Shown here: piece after piece, positions 38,598 to 47,692 of the stretch
Numbering within the stretch: position 1 is the stretch's first letter
Layout of the letters: each line of letters begins with the position of its first letter
Assembly: GCA_019637355.1 (NCBI GenBank)
Contig: JAHBVT010000001.1
Coordinates: 1,145,192 to 1,209,191 of the forward strand
DNA length: 64,000 nucleotides
Direction of reading: 5' to 3'
Source: Gemmatimonadaceae bacterium
GTDB taxonomy: Bacteria > Gemmatimonadota > Gemmatimonadetes > Gemmatimonadales > Gemmatimonadaceae
Made by a program: the position numbers and the translations under genes
Notes under the pieces: generated by a model
The model's database searches: none
What the model was told of the DNA's origin: nothing
What the model saw: only the letters and a program-made list of their open reading frames with translations

Positions 38598-39659
38598 TCA
38601 GCCTCGCGTCAGGTTCGGCGTGAACCCCAGCCGACGTCGCAGCAATTGAATCACGCCGTCACTGAGCCGCGCGCCGAGCACGAACAGCATCAAGAACCAC
38701 GCGTGGTACCACGCCGAGCGCCCCAGTCCGAACTCGGCGAAGGCTCTGTACGAACGCCACAGCGCCGCCCGCCCGTCCCGCGCAAAGTGGCTCAGCGTGT
38801 GGTACGAGTAGCGCGCGAAGTCGCGACGGATTTCCTCCGCCAGCCCCGGCAGCGCGTGCCGGCGCTCCACCGCCTCGGCGACCGCAAAGAACCCGCGCAC
38901 CACCTGCACCTGTTGCGGCAGCGTGAACGTGCCCGGCGTGAAGTGTGCCCGCTCCGCCGCTGACGACCCGAACTCCGGCGTACCACCGCGCCTGAAGTGC
39001 GCGAGAATCGTCGGCAGGTACAGCGCCGGACGCTCGGCCAATCCGGCACTCGCCGCCCAGAGCTGGTAGAACACCAAGCCATCGTAGGCGTCCGTGGCCA
39101 CCGCCGCGGCGGCGTCGCGATGCAACACAATGCCGCTCACTGCCACGAAGCGTCGGTAGCACGCGAGAATCGCCGCGCGTCCCGCCGGAATCACTCGCTC
39201 GCTGGGGAAGAAGCGGTTCACCTGCTCCGGCCGCGAAGGATCGTCGCGGAAGAAGGTGTACGCGCGCAGGATCGCCCCCACCTCACCGTGCTTGGCGATG
39301 CCCGCTGCCACCGCCGCAAACGCGCCTTCGGCGACGAGGTCGTCGTTGCCCATCAGCATCACGTAGCGTCCGGCGGCGAGCGCGATCAACTGACGCAGGT
39401 TGCCGTCGTAGCCGAGGTTCGTGGCGTTGGCGTGAAAGCGGAACGTGCCCGGATGCGCGGCGGCGTAGCGCTCCACCACTGCGCGAATCGCCTCACGCTC
39501 CGGCGAGCAGTCTTCGGCGACGATGCACTCGTAGTCGGCGAAGTCCTGCGCGACGATGCTGTCGAGCAGCGCCGGCAACTGTGCCGCGCGATTGTACGCC
39601 GGGATGCATACCGACAGCAGCGGGCGCGACGATTGCTCAGGCGCAGGCGGACGCGACAT
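38598..39659 (-). CDS. Glycosyltransferase family 2
   Basis: Motifs LSVCIPAYNR, AEDCSP, NLGYDGN, MGNDD. Confidence 0.9.
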   Translation of the reverse strand: MSRPPAPEQSSRPLLSVCIPAYNRAAQLPALLDSIVAQDFADYECIVAEDCSPEREAIRAVVERYAAAHPGTFRFHANATNLGYDGNLRQLIALAAGRYVMLMGNDDLVAEGAFAAVAAGIAKHGEVGAILRAYTFFRDDPSRPEQVNRFFPSERVIPAGRAAILACYRRFVAVSGIVLHRDAAAAVATDAYDGLVFYQLWAASAGLAERPALYLPTILAHFRRGGTPEFGSSAAERAHFTPGTFTLPQQVQVVRGFFAVAEAVERRHALPGLAEEIRRDFARYSYHTLSHFARDGRAALWRSYRAFAEFGLGRSAWYHAWFLMLFVLGARLSDGVIQLLRRRLGFTPNLTRG

Positions 39660-39662
39660 CCG

Positions 39663-41198
39663 CTAGCGCCGCCCGGCCGGGCTGACCGCCAGCGTGAACT
39701 CCACCGAGCGCGCGTCGTCCGTGCGATAGCCCGGGATGAAGTCCGCGTTCTGGAACAGGTAGTTGAGTCGCGTGCCGCCGCTGAGCGTGCCGTGGAAGCG
39801 CATCCCGATGCCTTCGAAGCCGCCGCGCAGGCCGGCTTGCAGCGTGACGTCGTGCCGCACGGGGTAGGGGAGGAACTGCCGGTACAGCGCGTCATCGTTC
39901 CATCGCACCCGCTCCACAAACAGCCCCAGCGCATTCGTGCCGCGCTCCCAGTCCATTGAGATGAGCTGCCGCTGCCCGCCCGGCCCCAGCCCGCTGCCCA
40001 GCGGCTCGCCGCGATGCGTCCAGCCGTGGATCACCGTCGGTGACGTGTACAGGTCTTGATCGACGCGGCCCACCCGCTGCGGCGGCATCTCCAGCCGCGC
40101 CGCCTCGAAGCCGAGGATCCACTTGGCGCCGTTGCGCTCGAACAGCACTTGGCTCATCCCGAGCCGGATCGCCAGGCCTTCGCCCGGCATCAGCGTGAGA
40201 TCTCGGAATTCCCGCAGCGGCGCCTGACGCGCGACTTCCATCCACAGCATCGTGCCCGCCTCGGCGTGCGCGAAGCGCAGGTCTGCCGAGAGCATCTCGA
40301 TTACGCTGTCGGTGCCCGCGCGGCCAAAGGGCAGGGCCGCGGCCGCCAGCGGCGCACGCGACGTGCGTCCATCCATCACCGTGCGCGAAAGCCCCACGCG
40401 CCACAGCGGCCGCGCGTAGCTCAGCCGCGCACCCGCCACGCCGCGGCGATTGTTGTCAGGGTCCGTGTCGAAGAAGCGGCTTTCGATCGCCGCGCCGCCG
40501 AACCAGCGCAGCTCCAGTGCACCGGCCAACAACGGCTGCCGCCACGACGCCTCCAAGCGTGGCAGGCCCGCCGAGCTTCGGCCTAGCACCAATCCTTCGC
40601 CGATGCCTGGGCCCCAGTCGGGCAGGGCAGTCGTTGCGCCCAGCGTCCACTGCCGGCCCGTGGCCCACACACCGCTCTCGCCCAGATCAAACTGCGTGAT
40701 CGGACTCGTGCCGTGTCGGCTCGGTAGGTCCGCCGAGTAGTCGCCGAAGTACCACGGCGAGGACTGGCCGCTGCGCGTGGAATCGCCGGCCGGGAAGGTG
40801 AGGAAGGAGCCGTTCTGGGCCGAGCTGAGTTCCGGCGCGAAGCGCAGCGTCAGCCACTGCCGGCGCCACTCGAAGCCCGCGCGCATCTGCAGCGCCCGCC
40901 CGACGCCCGCCGGCGCCGCGCCGTTCCCGCGCCCGTCCGCCACGCCCGAGCGCCGCCCCGTGATGCCGACGGGACCGAGCGGCGTGAAGCCTTCGCGCAC
41001 GCAGACGCTGTCGCGCCGCGTGTGGTGGAGCGGCAGTGTGAAGTCGAGCGGCGAGACGTCGGTGATGCAGCGGCGCTCCTGGGCGCCGGCGGGCGTGATG
41101 GCGATGACTGCCAACACCAGTACACCGCGCAGATTCGCCAGTGCTGAGGCGATCTCGCTGGCGACTCCAGTCGCGAGGCAATGGCGTTGGCGCGGCAT
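39663..41198 (-). CDS. Second Wzi-like capsule-assembly outer-membrane protein (start uncertain)
   Basis: Motifs WGPGIGEGLVLGRSSAGLPR, HGWTHRGEPLGSGLGPGG; paralogous to 30083-31474. Confidence 0.65.
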   Translation of the reverse strand: MPRQRHCLATGVASEIASALANLRGVLVLAVIAITPAGAQERRCITDVSPLDFTLPLHHTRRDSVCVREGFTPLGPVGITGRRSGVADGRGNGAAPAGVGRALQMRAGFEWRRQWLTLRFAPELSSAQNGSFLTFPAGDSTRSGQSSPWYFGDYSADLPSRHGTSPITQFDLGESGVWATGRQWTLGATTALPDWGPGIGEGLVLGRSSAGLPRLEASWRQPLLAGALELRWFGGAAIESRFFDTDPDNNRRGVAGARLSYARPLWRVGLSRTVMDGRTSRAPLAAAALPFGRAGTDSVIEMLSADLRFAHAEAGTMLWMEVARQAPLREFRDLTLMPGEGLAIRLGMSQVLFERNGAKWILGFEAARLEMPPQRVGRVDQDLYTSPTVIHGWTHRGEPLGSGLGPGGQRQLISMDWERGTNALGLFVERVRWNDDALYRQFLPYPVRHDVTLQAGLRGGFEGIGMRFHGTLSGGTRLNYLFQNADFIPGYRTDDARSVEFTLAVSPAGRR

Positions 41199-41216
41199 CG
41201 TGGCGAACGTTCACCG

Positions 41217-42350
41217 ATGCCTCCGTCGCCGACAAGGGCCGCCCCCGCAGGTCCTGCCGCCCCTGCTGCGCGTGCCGCCCCTCGTGTGCTGATCGTGAAG
41301 TTGGCCGCAATGGGCGACATCGTGATGGCGTCGACGCTGATCGGCGCCGTGCGCGACCGCTGGCCCGACGCCCAAATCACCTGGCTCACCGGCGACCAGT
41401 TCGCGCCGCTCGTGCGCCGTTTCGAGGGCGTAGATGTGGTGCGTAGTGTCGACGCCGAGTCACTCCTCGCCGGCCCCGCCTTCCGCGCCGCCCACCGCGC
41501 CCCTCACGCCGCCCTCAAGCGCGCCGCCGCCATCGCCAGCACCGTCCGCGCCATCGGCCGCCGCCCCTGGGACCTCGCCCTCGTCGCCCACAGCGATGAG
41601 CGCTACGCGCAACTCCTCCGCTTCGCGAAGGTGCGGGACTTGAGGCAGTTCAAAGAGCCGAGGAAGGACCGCTATATGGGCCTGGAGTACTCCTCGATGT
41701 TGGAAGATGCTGGACCTTCATCTCCCCTCTCCCCCGTCCTCTCCCCTCTCCCATCTCCCCGCCATAACCCACCTCTCCACCTCCCATCTCTCACTCAGCT
41801 CAACAAGCAACAACCTGCCCGCCGAGTCACTCTCGCCCCCGGCGGCGCCCGCAACCTCCTCCGCGACAACCCCCTGCGTCGCTGGCCCGTCGAGAGCTGG
41901 GCTGCGCTCGCGCGCGAGCTCAAGGCGGCCAACTGCGAGCTCACGATCATCGGCGCCGCGAGCGATCGCGCCGAGGCTGATGTGGTGCTCGCCGCCGTCC
42001 CCGACGCGCGTGACGAAGTCGGCAAGCAGGACCTCGACGCACTCCTCGCCGAGCTCGCCAGCAGCGATGTGCTCGTGACCCACGACTCCGGCCCGATGCA
42101 CCTCGCGCAGCTCACGCGCACGCCGGTCGTGGCGCTCTTCGGCCCGACGAGCCCGACGCAGTTCGTGGCGCCGGGGGCGGACGTGACGGTGCTCAGCGCG
42201 GCGCAGCATCTCCCCTGTGCGCCCTGTTATGACGGGAAGGATTACGCGGTGTGCTCGGCGAATCTCTGTCTTAGCCGCGTTGGTCCGGAGATGGCCGCAG
42301 GCACTGTCCTGGCGGTACTGGCTGGGAGGCGGGAGAAGGGAGGCGGGTGA
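41217..42350 (+). CDS. Glycosyltransferase family 9 (heptosyltransferase-like) with an in-frame repeat insertion
   Basis: Motifs VLIVKLAAMGDIV, RRWPVESW, VTHDSGPMHLA, VALFGPT. Confidence 0.9.
   Translation: MPPSPTRAAPAGPAAPAARAAPRVLIVKLAAMGDIVMASTLIGAVRDRWPDAQITWLTGDQFAPLVRRFEGVDVVRSVDAESLLAGPAFRAAHRAPHAALKRAAAIASTVRAIGRRPWDLALVAHSDERYAQLLRFAKVRDLRQFKEPRKDRYMGLEYSSMLEDAGPSSPLSPVLSPLPSPRHNPPLHLPSLTQLNKQQPARRVTLAPGGARNLLRDNPLRRWPVESWAALARELKAANCELTIIGAASDRAEADVVLAAVPDARDEVGKQDLDALLAELASSDVLVTHDSGPMHLAQLTRTPVVALFGPTSPTQFVAPGADVTVLSAAQHLPCAPCYDGKDYAVCSANLCLSRVGPEMAAGTVLAVLAGRREKGGG
41718..41795. repeat. GA/CT element, pyrimidine arm inserted in-frame in the GT9 gene
   Basis: tcatctcccctctcccccgtcctctcccctctcccatctccccgccataacccacctctccacctcccatctctc matches the right arms of the intergenic copies. 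Confidence 0.8.
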
Positions 42351-42515
42351 GGGCGGGGAGAGGGGGAGATGGTTGAGAGAGGGAAGAGGGTTTGGGAGAT
42401 GGGTTTGGGAGACGGATGGGGAGGCGGCCATCTCTCGTCTCTCCGCCGTCTTCCGTGAGCCGCCTCCCCGCCGTCACCCACCTCCCGTCTCCCCCCTCCC
42501 ACTCGCCCCAAGCAC
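42322..42515. repeat. GA/CT long palindromic element
   Basis: Purine arm gggaggcgggagaagggaggcgggtgagggcggggagaggggagatggtt...; pyrimidine arm ...ccccgccgtcacccacctcccgtctccc. Confidence 0.85.
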
Positions 42516-42574
42516 CTACCCATCCAACGAAAAAAAACCGCCCCACGAGCAAGTCGTGGCGCGGTCGGACAGAA

Positions 42575-42648
42575 TGGGCGCGGAGGGACTCGAACCCCCG
42601 ACCTCTGCTGTGTGAAAGCAGCGCTCTAACCAGCTGAGCTACGCGCCC
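42575..42648 (-). tRNA. tRNA-Val (anticodon CAC)
   Basis: GGGCGCGTAGCTCAGCTGGTTAGAGCGCTGCTTTCACACAGCAGAGGTCGGGGGTTCGAGTCCCTCCGCGCCCA folds as a cloverleaf; CCA not encoded. Confidence 0.95.
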
Positions 42649-42734
42649 TGAGTCTTGAAAGATAAATGACGGATGACGGAGGACGGAAGTGGCGGGGGCT
42701 GAAATCGCGCGCCGTCGCCGCTTAGGTTTGGAAG

Positions 42735-43496
42735 ATGGGATTCGTGCTCGCGTGGATTCGTGGGGTCGCGGCGGCCGTCGTGCTGCTTACCGCCGGCGTG
42801 TTTTCGCCGCGGCTGCGGGGGTATCTGCGCCAGTTTGCGCGCGAGGTCGGTGTGGCGAAGCCGCACGTCGGGCCGTTTCCGGCGAAGCGTCCCGACTTTG
42901 TCGGCGATCCGACGCTGCCTCTCGCGCTGCCTGGCCTCGACGCGCAGGATGGCAACGTCTCGGCGCTCGAGCTGGCCGTGCTGGCGCGGCTCGTGAAGTC
43001 CCGCGCGCCGATGCTGCTCTGGGAGATCGGCACCTTCGACGGCCGCACGACGCGCGTCCTCGCCGCCAACGCGCCCGCGGGGGCACAGGTCCACACCCTC
43101 GACCTGCCCGCGGATGGCCTAGGCCGCACCGCCCACGCGCTGTCGCCGAGCGAGCGGGATTTGGTGAAGAAGCCCAGCTCCGGCGCGCGGTTCGCCGGCA
43201 CGCCGGAGCAGGCCAAGATCACCCAGCACCTCGGCGATTCGGCGACGTTTGATTTCACGCCTTGGCGCCGGCAGGCGGACTTCGTGTTCGTGGACGGCTC
43301 CCACGCCGCGGCCTATGTGGTCAGCGACACCAACCGCGCCGGCCTGCTGACGGATGATCGGAAGGCGGTGGTGGTGTGGCACGACTACGGCGAGTGGCCC
43401 GGCGTGACGGAGACGCTGGATACCTTGGCGCCCACGCTGAAGGGCGCATATCGTGTCGCGGGGACGACGCTGGTCGTCTGGGAGCGGAACGTGTAG
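42735..43496 (+). CDS. Class I SAM-dependent methyltransferase (Methyltransf_24-like)
   Basis: Motifs WEIGTFDGRT, HTLDL, GDSA, DFVFVDGSH, VWHDY. Confidence 0.85.
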   Translation: MGFVLAWIRGVAAAVVLLTAGVFSPRLRGYLRQFAREVGVAKPHVGPFPAKRPDFVGDPTLPLALPGLDAQDGNVSALELAVLARLVKSRAPMLLWEIGTFDGRTTRVLAANAPAGAQVHTLDLPADGLGRTAHALSPSERDLVKKPSSGARFAGTPEQAKITQHLGDSATFDFTPWRRQADFVFVDGSHAAAYVVSDTNRAGLLTDDRKAVVVWHDYGEWPGVTETLDTLAPTLKGAYRVAGTTLVVWERNV

Positions 43497-43502
43497 GGAA
43501 TC

Positions 43503-43575
43503 GGGCCCATAGCTCAGCGGTTAGAGCGGCGGACTCATAATCCGAAGTGCGCAGGTTCGAATCCTGCTGGGCCCA
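43503..43575 (+). tRNA. tRNA with CAT anticodon, most likely tRNA-Ile2 (lysidine type)
   Basis: GGGCCCATAGCTCAGCGGTTAGAGCGGCGGACTCATAATCCGAAGTGCGCAGGTTCGAATCCTGCTGGGCCCA; the GACTCATAATC anticodon arm resembles Ile2 tRNAs. Confidence 0.88.
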
Positions 43576-43581
43576 TCTAGA

Positions 43582-43815
43582 CGGACGGGGAGAAGGGAGG
43601 GGGAGAGGGGGGTGAAGGCAGGGAGAGGGGAGAAGGGAAGGGGCTGGGAGAGGGCACAGGGTCGCCCCCATCTCCCCGTCCTCTCCCGACCATCTCCCCT
43701 CTCCCGACCATCTCCCCTCTCCCGACCATCTCCCCGCTCCCGACCATCTCCCCTCTCTCAACCATCTCCCCCCGCCCACCTCCCCGCCGTCACCCTCCTC
43801 CCCCCTCCCGTGTCC
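43582..43815. repeat. GA/CT long palindromic element with five tandem 18-mers (CTCTCCCGACCATCTCCC) in the right arm
   Basis: Immediately 3' of the tRNA; the 18-bp periodicity is visible at 43681-43770. Confidence 0.88.
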
Positions 43816-43918
43816 CGATTCCGGTTCGTGACCTAGCTCTCTTGACACCATTAGAGCCACCAACGAACTTCTGCCAGTTACCCGCCCAAGCCCCTTCGCT
43901 CCCTCTTCGGAGATTTCG

Positions 43919-44710
43919 ATGCGCCGCATTTCCCTCGTTGCCCTTGCCCTCGTGTTCGCTCTGCCGTCCGCGCTTGTCGCGCAGGATCGCAACGCCTACA
44001 AGCTCGAAGTCCCGTCGATCGAGTATCTCGACCAGCGGATGGGGCGCGCGCAGCCTGGCGTGGCGGCCTCGTCGCCCGTCGGCTACGGCCCCAACAAGGG
44101 CGACATCTTCGCCGGCCTCGGCTACCAGGCCTCGACGGGCGTTGACGGGGCGCAGGACGGCGCCCTCTCCGTCGGCGGCGGCTTCCTGAACGCCAGCGAG
44201 ATGGTCGGCATCGAAGCCGTGCTCACCTCGCTCTCCACGATCCGTTCCGGCTTCGGCTCGCGGATGGTCGGCGCGATCAAGGTCCACAAGATCGTGCAGG
44301 ACTGGGGCGTCGGCCTCGGCGTCGAGGGCTTCTACCTGAACGGCAACGACTTCGACACCAAGCCGTCGGTGTACGTGGCCGCGACGCGCGGCATCGATGT
44401 GCGTCCGGGCGAGGAGTACTTCTCCAACGGCACCATCAACTTCGGCCTCGGCAATGGCCGCTTCCAGCAGATCGAAGACTTCCGCGACGGCAAGAACGGC
44501 GTGTGGTTCTTCGCCTCCAGCTCCATCCGCATCAACTACTTCTCGTCGGCGATCATCGACTACACCGGCGCGCAGGTGAACCTCGCGCTCTCGTTCTCGC
44601 CGCTCAAGAAGATTCCGCTCGTGATTACGCCGTCGCTCAACGACGTCGGTGGTGCCGTGGGTGACCGTGCGCGCCTCGCGCTCGGCGCTGGTATGTCCTG
44701 GAAGTACTAA
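43919..44710 (+). CDS. Uncharacterised outer-membrane beta-barrel protein
   Basis: Signal peptide, alternating amphipathic strands, C-terminal LGAGMSWKY Bam-type signal. Confidence 0.75.
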   Translation: MRRISLVALALVFALPSALVAQDRNAYKLEVPSIEYLDQRMGRAQPGVAASSPVGYGPNKGDIFAGLGYQASTGVDGAQDGALSVGGGFLNASEMVGIEAVLTSLSTIRSGFGSRMVGAIKVHKIVQDWGVGLGVEGFYLNGNDFDTKPSVYVAATRGIDVRPGEEYFSNGTINFGLGNGRFQQIEDFRDGKNGVWFFASSSIRINYFSSAIIDYTGAQVNLALSFSPLKKIPLVITPSLNDVGGAVGDRARLALGAGMSWKY

Positions 44711-44740
44711 GCCACCCACACCTCACTTAGGAGAATTCGA

Positions 44741-45163
44741 ATGCTGCAGACGATGAAGCGAGTGGTGGCTGGCGCCGCCCTGTTGGTCGGTATCTCGGCG
44801 ACGGCGCAGGCGCAGTTCCTCACGGACGCGGGCTCGCCGCTGGGCTCGGGCGGTGGCGTGAGCGGTGCCGTCGTGAACTACATCGGGTCGGTCGGTGCGG
44901 GCGGCGGCAACGCAGCGATTGCTGCGGTCCTCGCGCCCAGCGGGGGGGCGCCGGCGGTCCAAGCGCTGACCCAGGCGCTTGGCGGTGGCGCGGCAGCGGG
45001 CACGTTGGCCGAGGCCTTGGCCACGCTGGGCGCGACGCCGACTCCCACCGCTGCACGGAACGCGATGCTGGCGTACAACGCAGCCATCGATGCCGGCGTG
45101 TCGCCGACCTCGCCCGCGATGACGGCGGCGCGCAGTTTCTTCGTCAGTCTCGGCGCGAAGTAG
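44741..45163 (+). CDS. Secreted Ala/Gly-rich protein, paralog 1
   Basis: Strong RBS taggag; signal peptide ending AQA; mature N-terminus QFLTDAGSPLGSGGG. Confidence 0.8.
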   Translation: MLQTMKRVVAGAALLVGISATAQAQFLTDAGSPLGSGGGVSGAVVNYIGSVGAGGGNAAIAAVLAPSGGAPAVQALTQALGGGAAAGTLAEALATLGATPTPTAARNAMLAYNAAIDAGVSPTSPAMTAARSFFVSLGAK

Positions 45164-45172
45164 TCGCGAATC

Positions 45173-45667
45173 GTGCGCCGACTCCTCGCCGCAGTCAGCC
45201 TCACACTCGCGGTCTCGACCGCGGTCGAGGCGCAGTTCCTCACCGACGCCGGCTCGCCCCTGGGCGGCGGCGGTGGGGCCAGCGGGTCCGTCGCGAACTA
45301 TATGCGCGCCGGCGGGATGAACGCCGCCCGCGCCAACTTCCTCGCCGCGCTGCAGAATGCTTCCGGCGCGATGACGGCGACGAACCCCGCGACTGGTCAG
45401 CCGGTTGCCGTTCCGCCGGCCACCGCCGCGGCTATTGTCGCCATCCTGAATGGCACCGGCGGCGCGGGTCCCTTGGCGACCGCCCTCGGCGGTTCAGCGC
45501 AAGCCGGCACTGCAGCGCAGACCTTCGCCAGCTTCGTGCAGAACCCGACGCCCGCCACGCTCGTTGGCGCCATCGTCGCGTACAACAACCTCGTCGACGC
45601 CACCGAGCCGGGGAATCCGAGCGTGCTCGGCCTGCGCGCCGCGATTGTTGCGCTCGGAATGTTCTAG
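45173..45667 (+). CDS. Secreted Ala/Gly-rich protein, paralog 2
   Basis: Signal peptide ending VEA; mature N-terminus QFLTDAGSPLGGGGG; shares an AYN..(I/V)DA motif with paralog 1. Confidence 0.8.
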   Translation: MRRLLAAVSLTLAVSTAVEAQFLTDAGSPLGGGGGASGSVANYMRAGGMNAARANFLAALQNASGAMTATNPATGQPVAVPPATAAAIVAILNGTGGAGPLATALGGSAQAGTAAQTFASFVQNPTPATLVGAIVAYNNLVDATEPGNPSVLGLRAAIVALGMF

Positions 45668-45759
45668 CGCGCGCGGCGCGCTGCGATTGCGCCGTCAGCG
45701 GCGCACCGTCAACACTAGTCGCTACGTCGCCGGCCGAGCTTCGCCTCGTGCCGGCGTCG

Positions 45760-46320
45760 CTAGTTTTCGCGCCGCGCCCAGACCAATCCGAGGCTGACCG
45801 TCAGGATCGGCGCGCCCGCGCCGGCGACCACGCCGTCTGAATAGCGTAGCTCGAAGGCCAGGTCCCGCCGCGGCGTGATCGGTGACTGATAGCCGATGCC
45901 CAGCACGTAGCCTGTCGACGCTTCCTTCCCCGGATCGCAGTCCGTCGAGTTCTGCCCCGACGCGCCGCAGACCAGCCGCCAGCTCGTCACCGGCCCGAGC
46001 AGTCCGTACACCCCCGTGAACGCGCCGCGCGGCATCGACGCACGCAGCAGTGCGCCGAGCTCGACGCTGTTCTCCGAGACCTGATAGCGATCCGTGCCGT
46101 CATCGCGCTGGTACTGCATCTGCACGGCCGTCAGCTCAGCGCGCCACGCGAAGGCGCCGCGCAGGTCGCGGTCGTAGCGGATGGCACCCTCGAAGCCCCG
46201 GCGGTCGTCGTCGGTGCTGCCCTCTGTGTCGCCGGCGAGGGAGCGGATGCCGGCGGAGAGGGCGAACTGGGCCTGGCTGGCGACTGGAAGGGCGATGAGG
46301 AGGATGAGGAGGCGGAGCAC
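45760..46320 (-). CDS. Small outer-membrane beta-barrel (OmpA-like porin family) protein
   Basis: Signal peptide LRLLILLIALPVASQA, beta-strand pattern, RLVC...C loop; GTG start chosen because the upstream extension is repeat-derived. Confidence 0.65.
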   Translation of the reverse strand: MLRLLILLIALPVASQAQFALSAGIRSLAGDTEGSTDDDRRGFEGAIRYDRDLRGAFAWRAELTAVQMQYQRDDGTDRYQVSENSVELGALLRASMPRGAFTGVYGLLGPVTSWRLVCGASGQNSTDCDPGKEASTGYVLGIGYQSPITPRRDLAFELRYSDGVVAGAGAPILTVSLGLVWARREN

Positions 46321-46328
46321 TCGTCTGG

Positions 46329-46437
46329 TGGGAGAGGGGAGGTGGAGAGGGGGGTGAGGGCGGGGAGATGTGAGAGGGGAGAGGGCGGGGAGAGGTGAAA
46401 GGAATTCTTCGTTCCTGCCGTCTCCCGTCATCTCTCA
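46329..46437. repeat. GA/CT element, purine arm with a short pyrimidine remnant
   Basis: gggagaggggaggtggagaggggggtgagggcggggagatgtgagaggggagaggg...ccgtctcccgtcatctctc. Confidence 0.75.
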
Positions 46438-46504
46438 AGCTGCAGCGAGTTCATTCTCGTGCTGTGTCATTGCCTACCATCAACGCCTAACTGCGGTGCT
46501 GGTG

Positions 46505-46606
46505 TGCATCGCGGCGGCATCTTCCGTGCTACCCTCGATCGTACGCGGCGAGGTGGGCATTGCGGCGGAATTCTCCGTTCTACCCCCGATCGTACGCGGC
46601 GAGCAC
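46505..46606. repeat. Degenerate ~51-bp tandem duplication of the heptose-kinase 3' end
   Basis: gcatcgcggcggcatcttccgtgctaccctcgatcgtacgcggcgag versus gcattgcggcggaattctccgttctacccccgatcgtacgcggcgag. Confidence 0.75.
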
Positions 46607-47572
46607 TTCCTCGCGGCTGACGCTGGCGGCGCCGGACTTTCCGACTTGGATGCCGGCGGCGTAGTTGGCGGTGACGGCGGCTTCGAGGGCGCTGCCGCCC
46701 GCAGCGAGCACGGCGGCGAGGTACGCGGTGACGGTGTCGCCGGCGCCCACTACATCGTACACCTCACGCGCGGTGGTGGGAATGCGCTCGACGGCGCCGT
46801 TGCGGCTGATCAGTGCCATTCCGTGCTCGCTGAGCGTGAGCAACAGGTGCTGCGCGTCGAGTTGGGTGAGGACGGCGGGCAGCGCGGCGGCGTCCTGCAC
46901 GTCGACGGAGGCGCCGAGTGCGCCTTCGAGCTCGCGGCGGTTGGGCTTGAAGATGGTGCAGCCGCGGTACTCGAAGAAGTTGCGGAACTTGGGATCCACG
47001 ACGATGGGCAGTTGCCGCGCAGTGGCGGCGGCGATGGCGGCGCGGATGACCTGCGGGATGAGCACGCCCTTATTGTAGTCCTCGAGAATGAGCGCATCGG
47101 CCACGGACACGGCGCGCGCGACGGCGTCGAGCAGGCGGGTGACTTCGTCGCCGGAGAGATCGGCGTCGACTTCTTCGTCCACGCGCACGACCTGCTGGTT
47201 GCGCGCGACGACGCGGGTCTTGGTGGTGGTGGGCCGGTCGCAATCGACGAGCCCGCGCGGTTCGGCGCCACGCTCGGCGAGCATCTCGCGGAGCTGCCCG
47301 CCGGCGGCGTCGCGCCCGACGGCAGCGACGAGTTCGCAGCGCGCGCCGATGGCGAGCACGTTCTGCGCCACGTTGGCGGCGCCGCCGAGGGCGTACTTGC
47401 GCTCGCGCACGCGCACGACGGGCACGGGCGCCTCGGGGGAAATGCGGTCGACGTCGCCCTTGAGGTAGAGGTCGAGCATCGCGTCGCCGACGACGGCGAT
47501 CCGGGGCGGCTTGGTCGCAATGGATTGCAGGAGCTGCTGGAGCCGCGCGCGGTCGAGATGGGCCTTGGGCAT
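46580..47572 (-). CDS. rfaE1: D-glycero-beta-D-manno-heptose-7-phosphate kinase (PfkB family, kinase half of HldE)
   Basis: Motifs VVGDAMLDLY, RISPEAPVPV, LGGAANVA, EDYNKG, KPNRRE, VYDVVGAGDT. Confidence 0.92.
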   Translation of the reverse strand: MPKAHLDRARLQQLLQSIATKPPRIAVVGDAMLDLYLKGDVDRISPEAPVPVVRVRERKYALGGAANVAQNVLAIGARCELVAAVGRDAAGGQLREMLAERGAEPRGLVDCDRPTTTKTRVVARNQQVVRVDEEVDADLSGDEVTRLLDAVARAVSVADALILEDYNKGVLIPQVIRAAIAAATARQLPIVVDPKFRNFFEYRGCTIFKPNRRELEGALGASVDVQDAAALPAVLTQLDAQHLLLTLSEHGMALISRNGAVERIPTTAREVYDVVGAGDTVTAYLAAVLAAGGSALEAAVTANYAAGIQVGKSGAASVSREEVLAAYDRG

Positions 47573-47692
47573 CTGCTAAAGGTGTCGCTTCGCTCGTGGT
47601 TCAGGGAGGGGCTCGGCTTTCGTGCTTGGGTCGCGACTTTCGGTGCGCCGGCTTGGGGTTGGTGCGCCGGCGTGGGGTTGGTGCGCCGGCTT

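Noticed and set aside
43503-43575. Initiator or elongator tRNA-Met
   Set aside because: It lacks the three G-C pairs in the anticodon stem and the C1 mismatch of initiators; the overall sequence resembles Ile2. Elongator Met is not fully excluded.
42575-43575. tRNA-anchored genomic island
   Set aside because: No duplicated tRNA 3' end and no integrase were found in the window.
43681-43770. Tandem 18-bp repeats as a possible CRISPR array (also 57060-57125, 62350-62430, 59935-60031)
   Set aside because: The units are directly adjacent with no unique spacers, and no cas genes are present.
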